Shown piece after piece: positions 1 to 9,901 of a stretch of DNA of 27,934 bases; position 1 is the first letter of the stretch; each line of letters starts with the position of its first letter. Below the pieces are notes generated by a model. It did no database searches and was not told where the DNA came from. It was given only the letters and a program-made list of their open reading frames with translations. The stretch lies in IMG/VR virus record IMGVR_UViG_3300032320_000131, positions 1 through 27,934 of that record. One strand, given 5' to 3'. This stretch comes from a virus. Taxonomy: Duplodnaviria; Caudoviricetes. Position numbers and translations under genes: made by a program.

Positions 1-233
1 ATGTCAGCCACGCTGTACTTGGTGAACCACTTGCCATTAATTTCTTCCACGCCATCACGGAAAGCAGTCTGATAACGAGTCGGTTGAGCTTGCGGGCCTT
101 CAAAGACTACGTCATAGCCCATATCGTTAATCAGCTCCACCGTCAGTTGTTGCGGGAAGGACGTAGTAGGGAAGGCAGCACGGAACTCAGATTCCGTAAT
201 TACCGCTCCAGTATCTTTGTTACGAAGTTCCAT
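1..233 (-). CDS. Probable tail (fibre) assembly chaperone, 3' end outside window
   Basis: Not in ORF track. ATG at 233 with AGGAG RBS; reads MELRNKDTGAVITESEFRAAFPTTSFPQQLTVELINDMGYDVVFEGPQAQPTRYQ... open to the window edge; directly follows the fibre-like gene. Confidence 0.7.
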   Translation of the reverse strand, partial: MELRNKDTGAVITESEFRAAFPTTSFPQQLTVELINDMGYDVVFEGPQAQPTRYQTAFRDGVEEINGKWFTKYSVAD

Positions 234-241
234 GTTTGCTC

Positions 242-2200
242 CTAAGCAATTGCGAGGAAGATGAATGTCCCACCATTGGCATTAATAGCCGCAGGCGCGG
301 TGCTGCTAATCTCAAACCCTGCGCTATATGTGTCAACGTAGTCGGTGTTAAAGACATCAGCAGCGGTGCTGTTCAAGAGAAGGTACGGGTCGTTACCAGC
401 CACAATCCCGCGCGCGCTATCCCAGACGTACCAATCACCAGTTGTGTCAGTACGCTTAATCAGGACGAACCTAGCACCACCAGTGAAGCCACAGTCAATA
501 GTCTGCGTTGCGCCCGTGCCTGTGTAACTGCCTACTTTGGAAACACCAGCGCAGGTTGCGAATAGGTAGGCTACATAAGTTTCAGCAGATTGATTTGTAG
601 AGGCGTGTGTTCCTACTGTAAAAACTGAAGATGTTGGATTTGTATCATTCCAGATAGCTGTAGAAGTACTCAAAGCCAAAGTTGTATCCAAACGCATAAA
701 CTTTGTGCCGCCACCCGAACTTACATAAACACTCCAATTTGTGGCTGCATAACTACGGCTTTTAACAATCATCAACTCAGGCGCTGCCGCCAAATTATGC
801 GTCACAGTCCTAGCTACTCCCGTCCCCGTATAGAAAACTTGATCAAAGAAGCCGGGGGCGCGGTCAAACAAATAGTTGATGTATGCGTTGCCGCCAGCGT
901 TTGTGTTGGTTGATGTTGTGCCGACTTTGACGCCATCCATGACATCCCAAGGGTTGGCTTGCAGAGTGGTTGTTCCAGCGGAATTCTCTACGGATGTGGA
1001 TGAGGTCTCTAAGTAGCCCGTACCTGTAAGCCGTGAAACAAATAAATTACCAACTGCTGCACTTCGATACTTAATCAACACAGCATCTGAAACACCTGCG
1101 CCGCCGGTAACCGTGGCGTTTGCACCAGTACCACTTCTTGCAATAGGACTAAACACACTCGTACCACTCGTAGGCACTTTCATCGGGCCGCGACGGATGG
1201 CGATGTACGCAATAGTTGCGCCGTTTAAGTATGCTCCTGCTCTAACCTTAAAACCGACTGATGTTGGATAACATTGTTGACCAGCAAATTCAGCCCCAGA
1301 ATCATTTGCGAATAAAAGTTGTGCATTTGCGCCTGTTGGAGAACCTCGCATGATGTCTGATATAGACCACCCAACACCGGAACTTGTTGTCTTTAATAGC
1401 AACCATTGCGTTTCCCAACCAAGGTTAATTTCTTGGTCTATCGTATTGTTGTGCGTAAACGACCCACACGAAATCACATTGTCATTACCCGTCAGGCCAA
1501 AGCCGCCAGCGTTGTGGGCAAATAGGTAGGCGACGTAGGTTCCGCCATTGGCGTTTACACCAGAGTCTGTCCCTACAGAAAAAACAGTTGATGTTGGGGC
1601 GCTGCTGTTCCAGACAGTTGGAACGGGAGTCCACGCAGAGGCCGCGTCGTTACTGTTAAGAGGGATTGCCGTTAACGCGCCAAGTGAAGTGTGATATGTG
1701 TACCACTGGTCTGAAACGTCAGTGCGTTTTACGACCATGAACCCCGGCACAGAACCAAGATTGTGAGCGATGGTTCTAGCCGAACCGGTACCCGTATACG
1801 TCACCACATCAAAGAACTTGGCCTGCTTGCGGAATGTCCATGAGACGTAGGTAGCGCTGGATGTGTTTACGCGACCACCATCACCTATGGTGAACCCATT
1901 TGACAAAAATGAGGTGACGCTCGCAGTTTGTGCAGCGCTTGGAATAAAAGCGGCACTATCTAAATTGGTGCTTAATTCGTTTCCTTTTGAATCCGGGCCA
2001 AGTCCTCTCGCCGTGTCATTAAGAATATGATTTGTGGCTCCAGACCTGCCTTTAATCCAAACCAACCCACCATTGGTAGACAAATCAATGTTATTCGTGA
2101 TGGTCTGGTTGGCCCCAGTACCCGTATATAGGTAGGTGCTGAAGACCGACTCTATGTAATTTGCTTCGCTTGACACTTGACTTGCACTTGTACTAAACAT
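242..2200 (-). CDS. Tail fibre/virion protein built from ~100-aa beta-rich YTGTG repeats (DUF7483-like), 652 aa
   Basis: Start placed at ATG 2200 (AAGGA RBS; MFSTSASQ). About six repeats; the unit FFDxVxYTGTG..HNL..P..M.VK...WN...PTS.VF.VG...TYVAYLFA occurs twice. Confidence 0.8.
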   Translation of the reverse strand: MFSTSASQVSSEANYIESVFSTYLYTGTGANQTITNNIDLSTNGGLVWIKGRSGATNHILNDTARGLGPDSKGNELSTNLDSAAFIPSAAQTASVTSFLSNGFTIGDGGRVNTSSATYVSWTFRKQAKFFDVVTYTGTGSARTIAHNLGSVPGFMVVKRTDVSDQWYTYHTSLGALTAIPLNSNDAASAWTPVPTVWNSSAPTSTVFSVGTDSGVNANGGTYVAYLFAHNAGGFGLTGNDNVISCGSFTHNNTIDQEINLGWETQWLLLKTTSSGVGWSISDIMRGSPTGANAQLLFANDSGAEFAGQQCYPTSVGFKVRAGAYLNGATIAYIAIRRGPMKVPTSGTSVFSPIARSGTGANATVTGGAGVSDAVLIKYRSAAVGNLFVSRLTGTGYLETSSTSVENSAGTTTLQANPWDVMDGVKVGTTSTNTNAGGNAYINYLFDRAPGFFDQVFYTGTGVARTVTHNLAAAPELMIVKSRSYAATNWSVYVSSGGGTKFMRLDTTLALSTSTAIWNDTNPTSSVFTVGTHASTNQSAETYVAYLFATCAGVSKVGSYTGTGATQTIDCGFTGGARFVLIKRTDTTGDWYVWDSARGIVAGNDPYLLLNSTAADVFNTDYVDTYSAGFEISSTAPAAINANGGTFIFLAIA

Positions 2201-2873
2201 TTTGTGTTCCTTTGCAATTTTCAAAGTGCCAACGCTTTGCAACATTGACAGCAATGACTTTCATACATTGAGGGCATTCAACTTTTGGCTTTGGAATGCC
2301 AAGACGAGATTCACTCATTTTAATTTTGGATGCCTCAGTGTGGCAACGCCCTTTCATTGGACTTGGCCTGCCACGCAATGTATTTGATACTTTCTTTTTT
2401 GTTTCCTCAGAGGGCCTATAGTTTGTCTCTAACCGCGCATTAGCAATATTCTTTCGTCCCCGCTCTGACTTTGGTTTGCGCATCTTTTCTTTTGTTTCTT
2501 CAGATACGACTCGGTTTTTTTGTATGCAAGAAATATAAGCCTTATGTTCATCAGTATGCTTGTATCCCTTAGCGCCATCACCACCGTCTGTCATATTTGT
2601 TAAACATATGCCAAAGTCTCTTATTTCTGATATCAAAAAACACTCTAATTCAATTGCTTGTTCATCAGAAATATTTTCTTCAATTTTTTTAACCACCGGA
2701 CTTAGTCCAGCATAAAGCAATTGACGAATCTTGCTGAGTTTTAAAGACTTCCTATTTTTGTAATATTTTGCTTCTTTCTCATGAAAATAGCAGCGATTGC
2801 CAACGCCCTTGCCAATGTAAAAGGGTTTGTTATTCCTTGGGTCAATCAAAGCATAAACATAAGAATTATTCAT
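2193..2873 (-). CDS. Free-standing GIY-YIG homing endonuclease with NUMOD3-type repeats and C-terminal CxxC motif, 226 aa
   Basis: Start ATG 2873, 1 nt after the upstream TAA. YVYALIDPR..FYIGKG..R, conserved E, LTNMTDGGDG; repeats HTDEHK, SEETKEKM, SEETKKKVS, HTEASKIKMS; ends CPQC..RWHFENCK. AT-rich relative to flanking genes. Confidence 0.9.
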   Translation of the reverse strand: MNNSYVYALIDPRNNKPFYIGKGVGNRCYFHEKEAKYYKNRKSLKLSKIRQLLYAGLSPVVKKIEENISDEQAIELECFLISEIRDFGICLTNMTDGGDGAKGYKHTDEHKAYISCIQKNRVVSEETKEKMRKPKSERGRKNIANARLETNYRPSEETKKKVSNTLRGRPSPMKGRCHTEASKIKMSESRLGIPKPKVECPQCMKVIAVNVAKRWHFENCKGTQNV

Positions 2874-2874
2874 A

Positions 2875-3702
2875 TTACAAATACGATTGACCTGCGTTGG
2901 AACCCCACCAATAGGTGCCGTCAGCCGTGAACACGAACTTGTCACCCTTGCTTGCAGTGCTAGTAATCGTCGGAGCGGTGTTAGCAGGCCACTTAACCGA
3001 TGCCGGCCAAGTCACAGTGCGCGAACCAGTAGCGTCTTGCTTTTGGAACAGCGTGAACGACTTACCAGCAGTGGCAGTGGGGAATGTGTAGGTGCAGTTA
3101 CCAGTCAACGTCAGAATTTGCAGACTGCCGTTGGCAAGATCAATTGTATATGCGGTACTGGTGTTAGCAGTAGCCACTTCTTCTGTATAACCATTGGTAA
3201 ATGTACCAGCCTCAATAGTCTTATTAGTTAGTGTCTGAGTGCCAGTAGTCGTTACGTCACCACTAGCAGATGCCAGCCAAGATAGAGTTCCTGATCCGTT
3301 AGTACCGAGAACTTGACCATTAGTACCATCAGCAGAAGGAAGCGTCCAAGTGACGTTACTAGCAACGGTAGCCGGTGCTTGGAATGCAACCCAGTTTGAC
3401 GAATCGCTATCAGCCAGACGCAAGTCACCCTGACCATTCAGAGTAAGGTTGCCGCTATTGGTTTGAGCGCCAGAGACAGACAGGGTAGAACTCAATACGG
3501 TTGCACCAGAGACGGTTACAGCACCGTTGAAGCTATTGTCTTGGGCCACAGCGCCAGATTGCCAATCCTTGAGATAGGCCATCAGAGTACGGATAGCATC
3601 ATTAATACCGGAAGGAGCGCAGCCTTCTGCAATGTTGATGCTGTTGATGTCTGTATTGCTTCCAGGGGTACTGCTGAATTCTGAAATCTTTACCTTTGGC
3701 AT
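2875..3702 (-). CDS. Tail fibre-like protein, 275 aa
   Basis: N-terminal NIAEGCAPSGINDAIRTLMA anchor-like segment; TLPSADGTNGQVLGTNGSGTLSW and TQTLTNKT fibre motifs; Thr/Gly-rich beta C-terminus. Confidence 0.75.
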   Translation of the reverse strand: MPKVKISEFSSTPGSNTDINSINIAEGCAPSGINDAIRTLMAYLKDWQSGAVAQDNSFNGAVTVSGATVLSSTLSVSGAQTNSGNLTLNGQGDLRLADSDSSNWVAFQAPATVASNVTWTLPSADGTNGQVLGTNGSGTLSWLASASGDVTTTGTQTLTNKTIEAGTFTNGYTEEVATANTSTAYTIDLANGSLQILTLTGNCTYTFPTATAGKSFTLFQKQDATGSRTVTWPASVKWPANTAPTITSTASKGDKFVFTADGTYWWGSNAGQSYL

Positions 3703-3705
3703 GAT

Positions 3706-5295
3706 TTATTCCCTTTCTCTGCCCGATTGGTACAGGATGTTATATAGACGTTGATCAAGCAATGTAGGAGCATATTTGCGAGTTGCTTCAATTCCCATAC
3801 GAGCAGGCCTTCCAGCCATACCAGCAGCATAAGCAGATTCTCCAACTACCCTAGGAGAAGATGCTAACAGCGCGGCAAGTGCCGGAGGAAGTCCACCCAT
3901 GCTAAATGCACCACCAGCAGCAATCGGAGAGCCTAGTCTTGAAAGCCCACGGGGAGTCAGTTCTGACAAAGATTGTCCAGCAAGTGCCGGAAGTATCTCA
4001 CGACCACCTTGAGCCTCTAATTGTTTTGCAAGATTCAATCTTTGACCATAATTTGTATTAACATTATTTCTCATCAATGACTGAAGTTTACGCAATGCAG
4101 TATCAGTAGATGCCTTATCACCAAGAGACAATGTACGTTCAATCTCTCGAATCTGATCACTAGCAGTTGAGTATTGACGCATTACATTTGCATAGGTTGG
4201 TGCTTGTTTAACAATCTCTTTTTTGATTGAGTTATAAACTCCACCAACAGCAGCACGAGCCTGTTTTTGCTCAAATGGAATTGTCTCCAGCAAATCACCA
4301 ACCCTTTGTTTAAGAGCGTCCATACCCTCTGGAGTATGAAACTCATTTGGATTTGCATTTCTCCATTCATCAACAATGTTGCGAGCATCAGATAATTCTT
4401 TATATGCACGCTCATTAACAATCTTGCCTTTATAAGTAGTTTTGGCAATAGATTGATTAATGGAATTATCAATTCCAGCAAAATCAAGAACTGATTTATC
4501 GTTCTTAATATCAACCATGCCAGAACGATATTCATTTTGCTTGGCAATGTTCATATCTGCAAGATTTTGTTTTGCAGCATCAAGAACATCAGTAATTTCA
4601 GCCTTGCCAGTGAGATTCTCACGAAATTGTTTAGCAGTCTCACCACCAGTTACACCAGCACGAAATGCTTGTTTGATTGGTTCTTTGCCGACGCCAGTGG
4701 TGACACCAAGTGCCTCTCCAGCAAGCCTTCCAGCACCACCAGCTACAGCACCACCAGCACGCAATGTTGCTGCAAGAGGATCAATTGCAGTGGCAACGCG
4801 ACCAAGTCTAGGAGCAACTAGAGAGCCTCCTGAAAGCACTGTAGATACATCTGCCAAGAATCCAGCGGGGTCTTTTGCAATGGTTTGCCGTACACCCTCC
4901 GAACTTCCATATCTTTGTCGATAGAAGTTAGCAACCTGATTGGCAGCTGCTTGAGATTGTTTATCTGGCCCAATAGCATTGACGATGCTCTCAGGAAGAA
5001 TGTTTTGCAATCCACCAGCAGCAACATCAAGAATTGCTTTACCAGTCTGTACAGGATTAGTGACAGCTTGGTACAGTCCTTGGAAAAGGTTTGCAGTTGA
5101 TTCTGGAAGGTTTGAAATAGCACTAGAAACAGTGCCACCAAAACTTTTGTCTTCGGGAACCTTTGCTTCTTGAATAGTAGTTGGTTGAGATTGAGACAAG
5201 GCGTATTGGTACGCCTGTTCATCTGACAATTCCTTATCAGACTCAACAATGAATTTCCCCCTATTAGGGATGCTAATTTCGTATTTAGGCATCAT
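3706..5295 (-). CDS. Putative internal virion/DNA ejection protein, 529 aa
   Basis: Helical Ala/Gly/Gln-rich ORF in the position of podovirus ejection proteins; overlaps the upstream gene's stop codon. Confidence 0.65.
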   Translation of the reverse strand: MMPKYEISIPNRGKFIVESDKELSDEQAYQYALSQSQPTTIQEAKVPEDKSFGGTVSSAISNLPESTANLFQGLYQAVTNPVQTGKAILDVAAGGLQNILPESIVNAIGPDKQSQAAANQVANFYRQRYGSSEGVRQTIAKDPAGFLADVSTVLSGGSLVAPRLGRVATAIDPLAATLRAGGAVAGGAGRLAGEALGVTTGVGKEPIKQAFRAGVTGGETAKQFRENLTGKAEITDVLDAAKQNLADMNIAKQNEYRSGMVDIKNDKSVLDFAGIDNSINQSIAKTTYKGKIVNERAYKELSDARNIVDEWRNANPNEFHTPEGMDALKQRVGDLLETIPFEQKQARAAVGGVYNSIKKEIVKQAPTYANVMRQYSTASDQIREIERTLSLGDKASTDTALRKLQSLMRNNVNTNYGQRLNLAKQLEAQGGREILPALAGQSLSELTPRGLSRLGSPIAAGGAFSMGGLPPALAALLASSPRVVGESAYAAGMAGRPARMGIEATRKYAPTLLDQRLYNILYQSGRERE

Positions 5296-6458
5296 TGCAC
5301 CTTACGAACAGTTACACCAGCAGGAAGACCAGATGTTTGTGGGGCAGCGCGGCCAGATTTAATCCGAGCAGATTCCAAAAGTGTTTCAAGACGCTTTTGT
5401 TTATCAGCAATAGTTGATGGCTTATCTCCAAGTTGCGGGAAATAAGACTTTTGATAGTTCATCAACTGTTCGCGTGTATATGCAGCACCAGTACCAAGAG
5501 TCAAAGCAGAATCAAGAATTTCAAGTTGAGCAGCCTCAACCTGCTGTCGAGATGCAGGATTCATTAAGTTCTTTAGATAATCTGATCCAGTTACAAACTT
5601 AACCGCTTCTGCTCCAATTTTTGGAGTTTGTGCGGATGGGTTTTGACCAATTGCTGTTTGCAATTGATCTATTCCAGCCTGCAAACGATTAGTCAAGAAT
5701 CCAGCAGTACGCTCAGATTCTGTTGGCATATTTACATTTACTTGGCTTGGAGGAGCAAATGCTGCACCTGCTGCAATGGTTTTCCAAGTGCCATCAGTCT
5801 GGAATTCTTGAGTAATTTTTTGATTACCTTGAATATAGTCACGAGTATCACCAGGCTTGAATTTGCTCTTTGGCGTTCCTTGTGCAATCGGCTTTCCGGT
5901 ACGCACATCATAAAGAGTTTCGCCCTCGCCAATTTTTTCTGTAACTGGCTTAAATAAATCACGGACAGAACTAACACCACCAAAGTAATCCTTTGCAAAC
6001 TCAGGATATTGCATTGCAAGGCGCATAGCAGCGTTTTGATCAAATGCAGTAGTCGTTTCTGGAGGACGTACTTCACCAGCACCAGGACGACCATACGCAT
6101 CCATCTGCTCAACTGTTTGTGTCTTAAATAGACCAGGAAGAGCATTTCGGAACTCTTCCTTGCGTAATAGTTGAGCCTGCTCTTGTTGAAGTTTGCGAGC
6201 AGCCATAAGACGCTCAAGACCCTTATCCATCAGTCCTTGATTGGCTTGCATGGCCTGCATACCAGCCTGACCAAGACGTTGACCGAATCCACCTGGAACG
6301 GTTGTAGGGCCACCAGCTTGCAACAGCGCGAGACCAAGGTTAGTAGTACCTTGTTCGCGTGCTTGATTCATCAGTAGTTGGAGTTGCTCAGGAGGCAGCA
6401 GACGTAGCAACGGGTCTTCTTCTTGAATGCCAAACAGATTACCGAGTAGTCCGTCCAT
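5292..6458 (-). CDS. Putative internal virion/DNA ejection protein, 388 aa
   Basis: Gln/Gly-rich N-terminus (GLALLQAGGP..FGQRLGQAGMQAM) and coiled coil; second of three adjacent ejection-type genes. Confidence 0.65.
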   Translation of the reverse strand: MDGLLGNLFGIQEEDPLLRLLPPEQLQLLMNQAREQGTTNLGLALLQAGGPTTVPGGFGQRLGQAGMQAMQANQGLMDKGLERLMAARKLQQEQAQLLRKEEFRNALPGLFKTQTVEQMDAYGRPGAGEVRPPETTTAFDQNAAMRLAMQYPEFAKDYFGGVSSVRDLFKPVTEKIGEGETLYDVRTGKPIAQGTPKSKFKPGDTRDYIQGNQKITQEFQTDGTWKTIAAGAAFAPPSQVNVNMPTESERTAGFLTNRLQAGIDQLQTAIGQNPSAQTPKIGAEAVKFVTGSDYLKNLMNPASRQQVEAAQLEILDSALTLGTGAAYTREQLMNYQKSYFPQLGDKPSTIADKQKRLETLLESARIKSGRAAPQTSGLPAGVTVRKVQ

Positions 6459-6460
6459 AT

Positions 6461-7291
6461 TTAAGCCCCCAAGAGTCCAGCAAGACCACCAAGGACAGCA
6501 CCAGTAGTGCCAAACTTGGAGCCAAGTGCAGCACCACCAAGACCACTAATCAGCGGTGACGAATAGACCGGAGTCTGCGTAACCGATCCACGAGGCGCAC
6601 CATAAGCAGCGCCTAAGAAGTTTGAGAGTTGCTGTTGCGGCAGGTTTTGGTAGTAGTTGAAGCGATTGATTGCATCTTGCAATGCTTGGCCTTGATAGGA
6701 CTCACGAGCCTGACCAGCAGCAGCAAGTTGTGCAATATCACCATAGTCCGTAGCAGCAAGTGCAGGCGCACCAGTAGCGGCACGTTCTTGTGCAGCGCGT
6801 TCTGCGGCGTAGTTCTCATAGGCCAGCTTGCCAGCAGTACCAGTCAGAGCATTCGCCAGAGTGGTAGCAGCACGATCTTGCAATTGACCCATAGCACCAG
6901 AACCATATCGACCAGCCCTCGAAGCAGTGCTTGAGATATCTTGAATTGACTGATTGAACTGCTGTGCGGCAGCTTGGGCAGCAGGCTGGAATGCACCTTG
7001 GAAGAAAGGATTGCCGCCAAGATAACCGCCACCAATGGTAGATAGTTGCTGTTGTTGTGCAGCAAGATTTAGTGGGCTACCTTGGACTGCGCGATTCTTT
7101 TGTGCGAGTAGTGCTTGTTCTGTCTCAGCAGTCGGCGAGACATAAGTCTGACCAGGATAGTATTCTGGAGCCATCGTCTGATACTGGCGAGTTGCTTCCT
7201 CTAGCCCGTATTGGATGAACGGCTTTAGCAGCGGATCTAGCTGAGTGACGTTAGTTTGCACTCGCTCTTTTTGTCCAAAGATGTCACTCAT
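6461..7291 (-). CDS. Putative DNA pilot/ejection protein, 276 aa
   Basis: Gln/Ala-rich helical body, AGRYGSG motif, C-terminal glycine-zipper hydrophobic tail; GGAG RBS. Confidence 0.65.
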   Translation of the reverse strand: MSDIFGQKERVQTNVTQLDPLLKPFIQYGLEEATRQYQTMAPEYYPGQTYVSPTAETEQALLAQKNRAVQGSPLNLAAQQQQLSTIGGGYLGGNPFFQGAFQPAAQAAAQQFNQSIQDISSTASRAGRYGSGAMGQLQDRAATTLANALTGTAGKLAYENYAAERAAQERAATGAPALAATDYGDIAQLAAAGQARESYQGQALQDAINRFNYYQNLPQQQLSNFLGAAYGAPRGSVTQTPVYSSPLISGLGGAALGSKFGTTGAVLGGLAGLLGA

Positions 7292-7690
7292 TTATATCTC
7301 CTTAACCCATGCGCGAGGTCTGAATCCCATTTGCCGAGCGCGTTTTTCCCAACCTCTGCGCCAAGTCCTAAATTCCAAATACTTTGCATTACCTTGCTTG
7401 GCAATGCCTTCAATGTGCTTTAGGGCTTCATCGGCTACCGACTCAGACTCCGACCATGCAATGGAGATTCCTACGGTGTCACCTAGTGGCTCTAGTATAA
7501 ACATACACGCCGGTTTGTTAAATAGATAACCGACCCAAAGCATTGCATTTTGATTGAAACACTGACAGTAAATCTCTTCTGGCATCCATTGCTCAGGAGA
7601 TTTACGTTGAACTACAGAAAGTTTTTCTCTAACCCAAGGCCAAATAACCTTGAGTTCTGTTGGGTTAACGTATTTAACCGACAATGACAT
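7292..7690 (-). CDS. Small virion assembly protein, GNAT-like (P22 gp14-like position)
   Basis: 132 aa with C-terminal LEFRTWRRGWEKRARQMGF resembling a GNAT motif; lies just before the ejection genes. Confidence 0.55.
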   Translation of the reverse strand: MSLSVKYVNPTELKVIWPWVREKLSVVQRKSPEQWMPEEIYCQCFNQNAMLWVGYLFNKPACMFILEPLGDTVGISIAWSESESVADEALKHIEGIAKQGNAKYLEFRTWRRGWEKRARQMGFRPRAWVKEI

Positions 7691-8474
7691 AAGCGTAAGT
7701 TTTATCCGCTGTGCTGTTAGCCCAATGAGTTAACGTTGCGCTACCTTGTGTTTGCGAACTCGCATAAATATTGCCGCCTTCAGCCGGTGAAACATAATTA
7801 ACCGTAACGATGGCAGAAGGACAGGCCGGAATAGCTGGCGTTACACCACCAGATGCAGAAACTGCGTTGAAGTGTTCTATTGATACGCCTGTATTAGATA
7901 CGCGCCACATAATTTGCACATAATCATTAGCGTCCATTTCAACAAAAAAGTTTAATGCAGCAATCAAGTGACTTGGATTCCCAGAACTCTTACGAGCAGA
8001 CATACCAAATCGACTATCTGAACCCGCGATATCAGTTCCATTTTTGCGGAACCAAATATCAATATCTTGAGTGTCGTTTGTGGTGTTTTTCACTTGAATG
8101 GAAAACTGAATGTTATAAACACCGTAATTTCTGACATTAATACGAGAGGTGTTTGATACATAAACTCCATTCGTGTAGTCAGTCGTATTTAGTGCTAAAG
8201 CGTATGCAACATCTATGGCAGCAGCAGTTTGATTCGTAGTGTCCTGAAAAGCACCATACGGAGCATTGTCTTCAAATGCTGCGCTAGAAAACGGCAACAG
8301 GATAATCTTACTGTCGTAACCGATACGTTCATCGTAAAGCGTTGTAGTAGTAGCGTTACCAGTAGCAAGCGTGATAGTGCCTGTGTTATTGGTCTTGCCA
8401 TCCATGATTCCACGGACGATTTCGGCAACCGCACGTTGGTCACCGCCGAATGGTGGTAGGGTGCGAAAAATCAT
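7674..8474 (-). CDS. Tail-associated structural protein with central C1q/TNF-like beta-sandwich, 266 aa
   Basis: Central GVYNIQFSIQ..IWFRKNGTDI..NDYVQIMW pattern; ATGA-coupled to the upstream tail gene. Confidence 0.6.
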   Translation of the reverse strand: MIFRTLPPFGGDQRAVAEIVRGIMDGKTNNTGTITLATGNATTTTLYDERIGYDSKIILLPFSSAAFEDNAPYGAFQDTTNQTAAAIDVAYALALNTTDYTNGVYVSNTSRINVRNYGVYNIQFSIQVKNTTNDTQDIDIWFRKNGTDIAGSDSRFGMSARKSSGNPSHLIAALNFFVEMDANDYVQIMWRVSNTGVSIEHFNAVSASGGVTPAIPACPSAIVTVNYVSPAEGGNIYASSQTQGSATLTHWANSTADKTYAYVIVG

Positions 8475-9901
8475 CGTGTACCCGCGTTGGCAAGTTCAAG
8501 TTCAACGCCACTGGCGCTAGTCCAGTTACCAGTTGGCGACACTCGCACCCGATGGTATCGACCAACACTGCGTTGGGGAGAACGTCCATCAGAGTTGGCT
8601 GATACAGCAGAACCAAATGACGGTTGTGTAGAAAGTAGATTCCTTGATGCTACCGAAACAGTGGCTGAACCACTATCAACAATAGGACGAGCCATAGAAA
8701 TCATGGTTGTCGCGTTAGATGTGATATCACCAGTAGTGATAGATGCAGTCGCATTGCCACCAGTAAACGTCACAATCTTTGCTCCATCTGTACCAGCAAG
8801 CAGCAAGTCACCACCAGACCATGTGCGGTCATCCCAGGACGTTTGAATTGAGTCAACAGTACCGTAGGCATCTAGCCCTTCAAGCGACACGCCAACAGTC
8901 ATTGCTGACGCAATACGATCTACTGTAGTTACACAGTATGACCAGCGTTTAATCTGCCATTGATACGCCAAAATAGATTGACCACCAGATACATTTCGAT
9001 AGCACCACATAATCAATGCACGAATTGGATCAACAGCAGTGGACATTCCTTCGATTTCACCAATAATTGCGTCATTAAAGAAAAACCTATCTACTTTTTC
9101 AGCACCAATTGGCGTTACATTCTGACCATCACACGAATAAAACCCATCATCTGACAGGAAATACGTCACACCACCATATTGAGCAATAGAATTTTGCTCA
9201 AAACAGCCAAGATTCCTAGAAATAGTGTCAAATTGGAAGAAAAGCGGTGAACCGACGTAACTCATCCGTGAAATTGATCGTTCTGTAAGAACTAAACCAA
9301 ATTCACCACCAGTAATCCCTCTAATTTCACCACCTTCTGCAATATCCTGATAATCAGATTGGCTAGTAGCACCGCTAGTCCAGTCCGTTTCATCGTTAAT
9401 ATCAGACCATTGCACTCGATTATTATTTGTTCCAGCTCCAATGTTTCCACAAACAACAAAATCACGCACGATAGTTAGGTATTTAGCAACAGGCGCAGAT
9501 GCACTAACGTCATTCCACGCTGTTGATGTGCCAATAGTCCACGCTTGTATCTTTTCTTCATTGTTTGCAGCAAGAATAACTTTGCCAAATTGCGTAAAAT
9601 TCCATCTGTCATTAGTTGGAGTTGCATAACCACCAGCCTTTGAAACATCATCAAGACTCAAGTCAGCCGCGTCCAGCTTAAACATCTTGGATGTTCCTCC
9701 GGCAAATATCTGAGTAGTTCCACCACTCTTTCCTGCAACAATGTTGTTGAGAGTCTCCGATGCAGCAGCAGAGTAATCTGTTGCAAGAGGGAAAGGCGCG
9801 TATCCAGTAGCAATCGCATAAACATTTTTCGCCTCCGTAAGATTTCCAGCAACGCCTGGTTGATCTGGAACCCACTCGCCAAAATTTATTGTTGTTGCCA
9901 T
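8471..9901 (-). CDS. Tail nozzle/DNA stabilisation protein (P22 gp10/T7 gp12-like), 476 aa
   Basis: Beta-propeller-like composition, NRVQWSDINDETDW motif, FGEWxPDQP N-terminus; lies downstream of the adaptor gene. Confidence 0.75.
   Translation of the reverse strand: MATTINFGEWVPDQPGVAGNLTEAKNVYAIATGYAPFPLATDYSAAASETLNNIVAGKSGGTTQIFAGGTSKMFKLDAADLSLDDVSKAGGYATPTNDRWNFTQFGKVILAANNEEKIQAWTIGTSTAWNDVSASAPVAKYLTIVRDFVVCGNIGAGTNNNRVQWSDINDETDWTSGATSQSDYQDIAEGGEIRGITGGEFGLVLTERSISRMSYVGSPLFFQFDTISRNLGCFEQNSIAQYGGVTYFLSDDGFYSCDGQNVTPIGAEKVDRFFFNDAIIGEIEGMSTAVDPIRALIMWCYRNVSGGQSILAYQWQIKRWSYCVTTVDRIASAMTVGVSLEGLDAYGTVDSIQTSWDDRTWSGGDLLLAGTDGAKIVTFTGGNATASITTGDITSNATTMISMARPIVDSGSATVSVASRNLLSTQPSFGSAVSANSDGRSPQRSVGRYHRVRVSPTGNWTSASGVELELANAGTR

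Noticed and set aside
242-2200. Repeats as a DGR template/variable pair or CRISPR array
   Set aside because: Similarity is at protein level and degenerate in DNA; no reverse transcriptase gene and no identical spaced repeats were seen in the window.
2193-2945. Group I intron around the GIY-YIG gene
   Set aside because: Both flanking genes are complete and abut or overlap the endonuclease gene, leaving no room for intron core helices.
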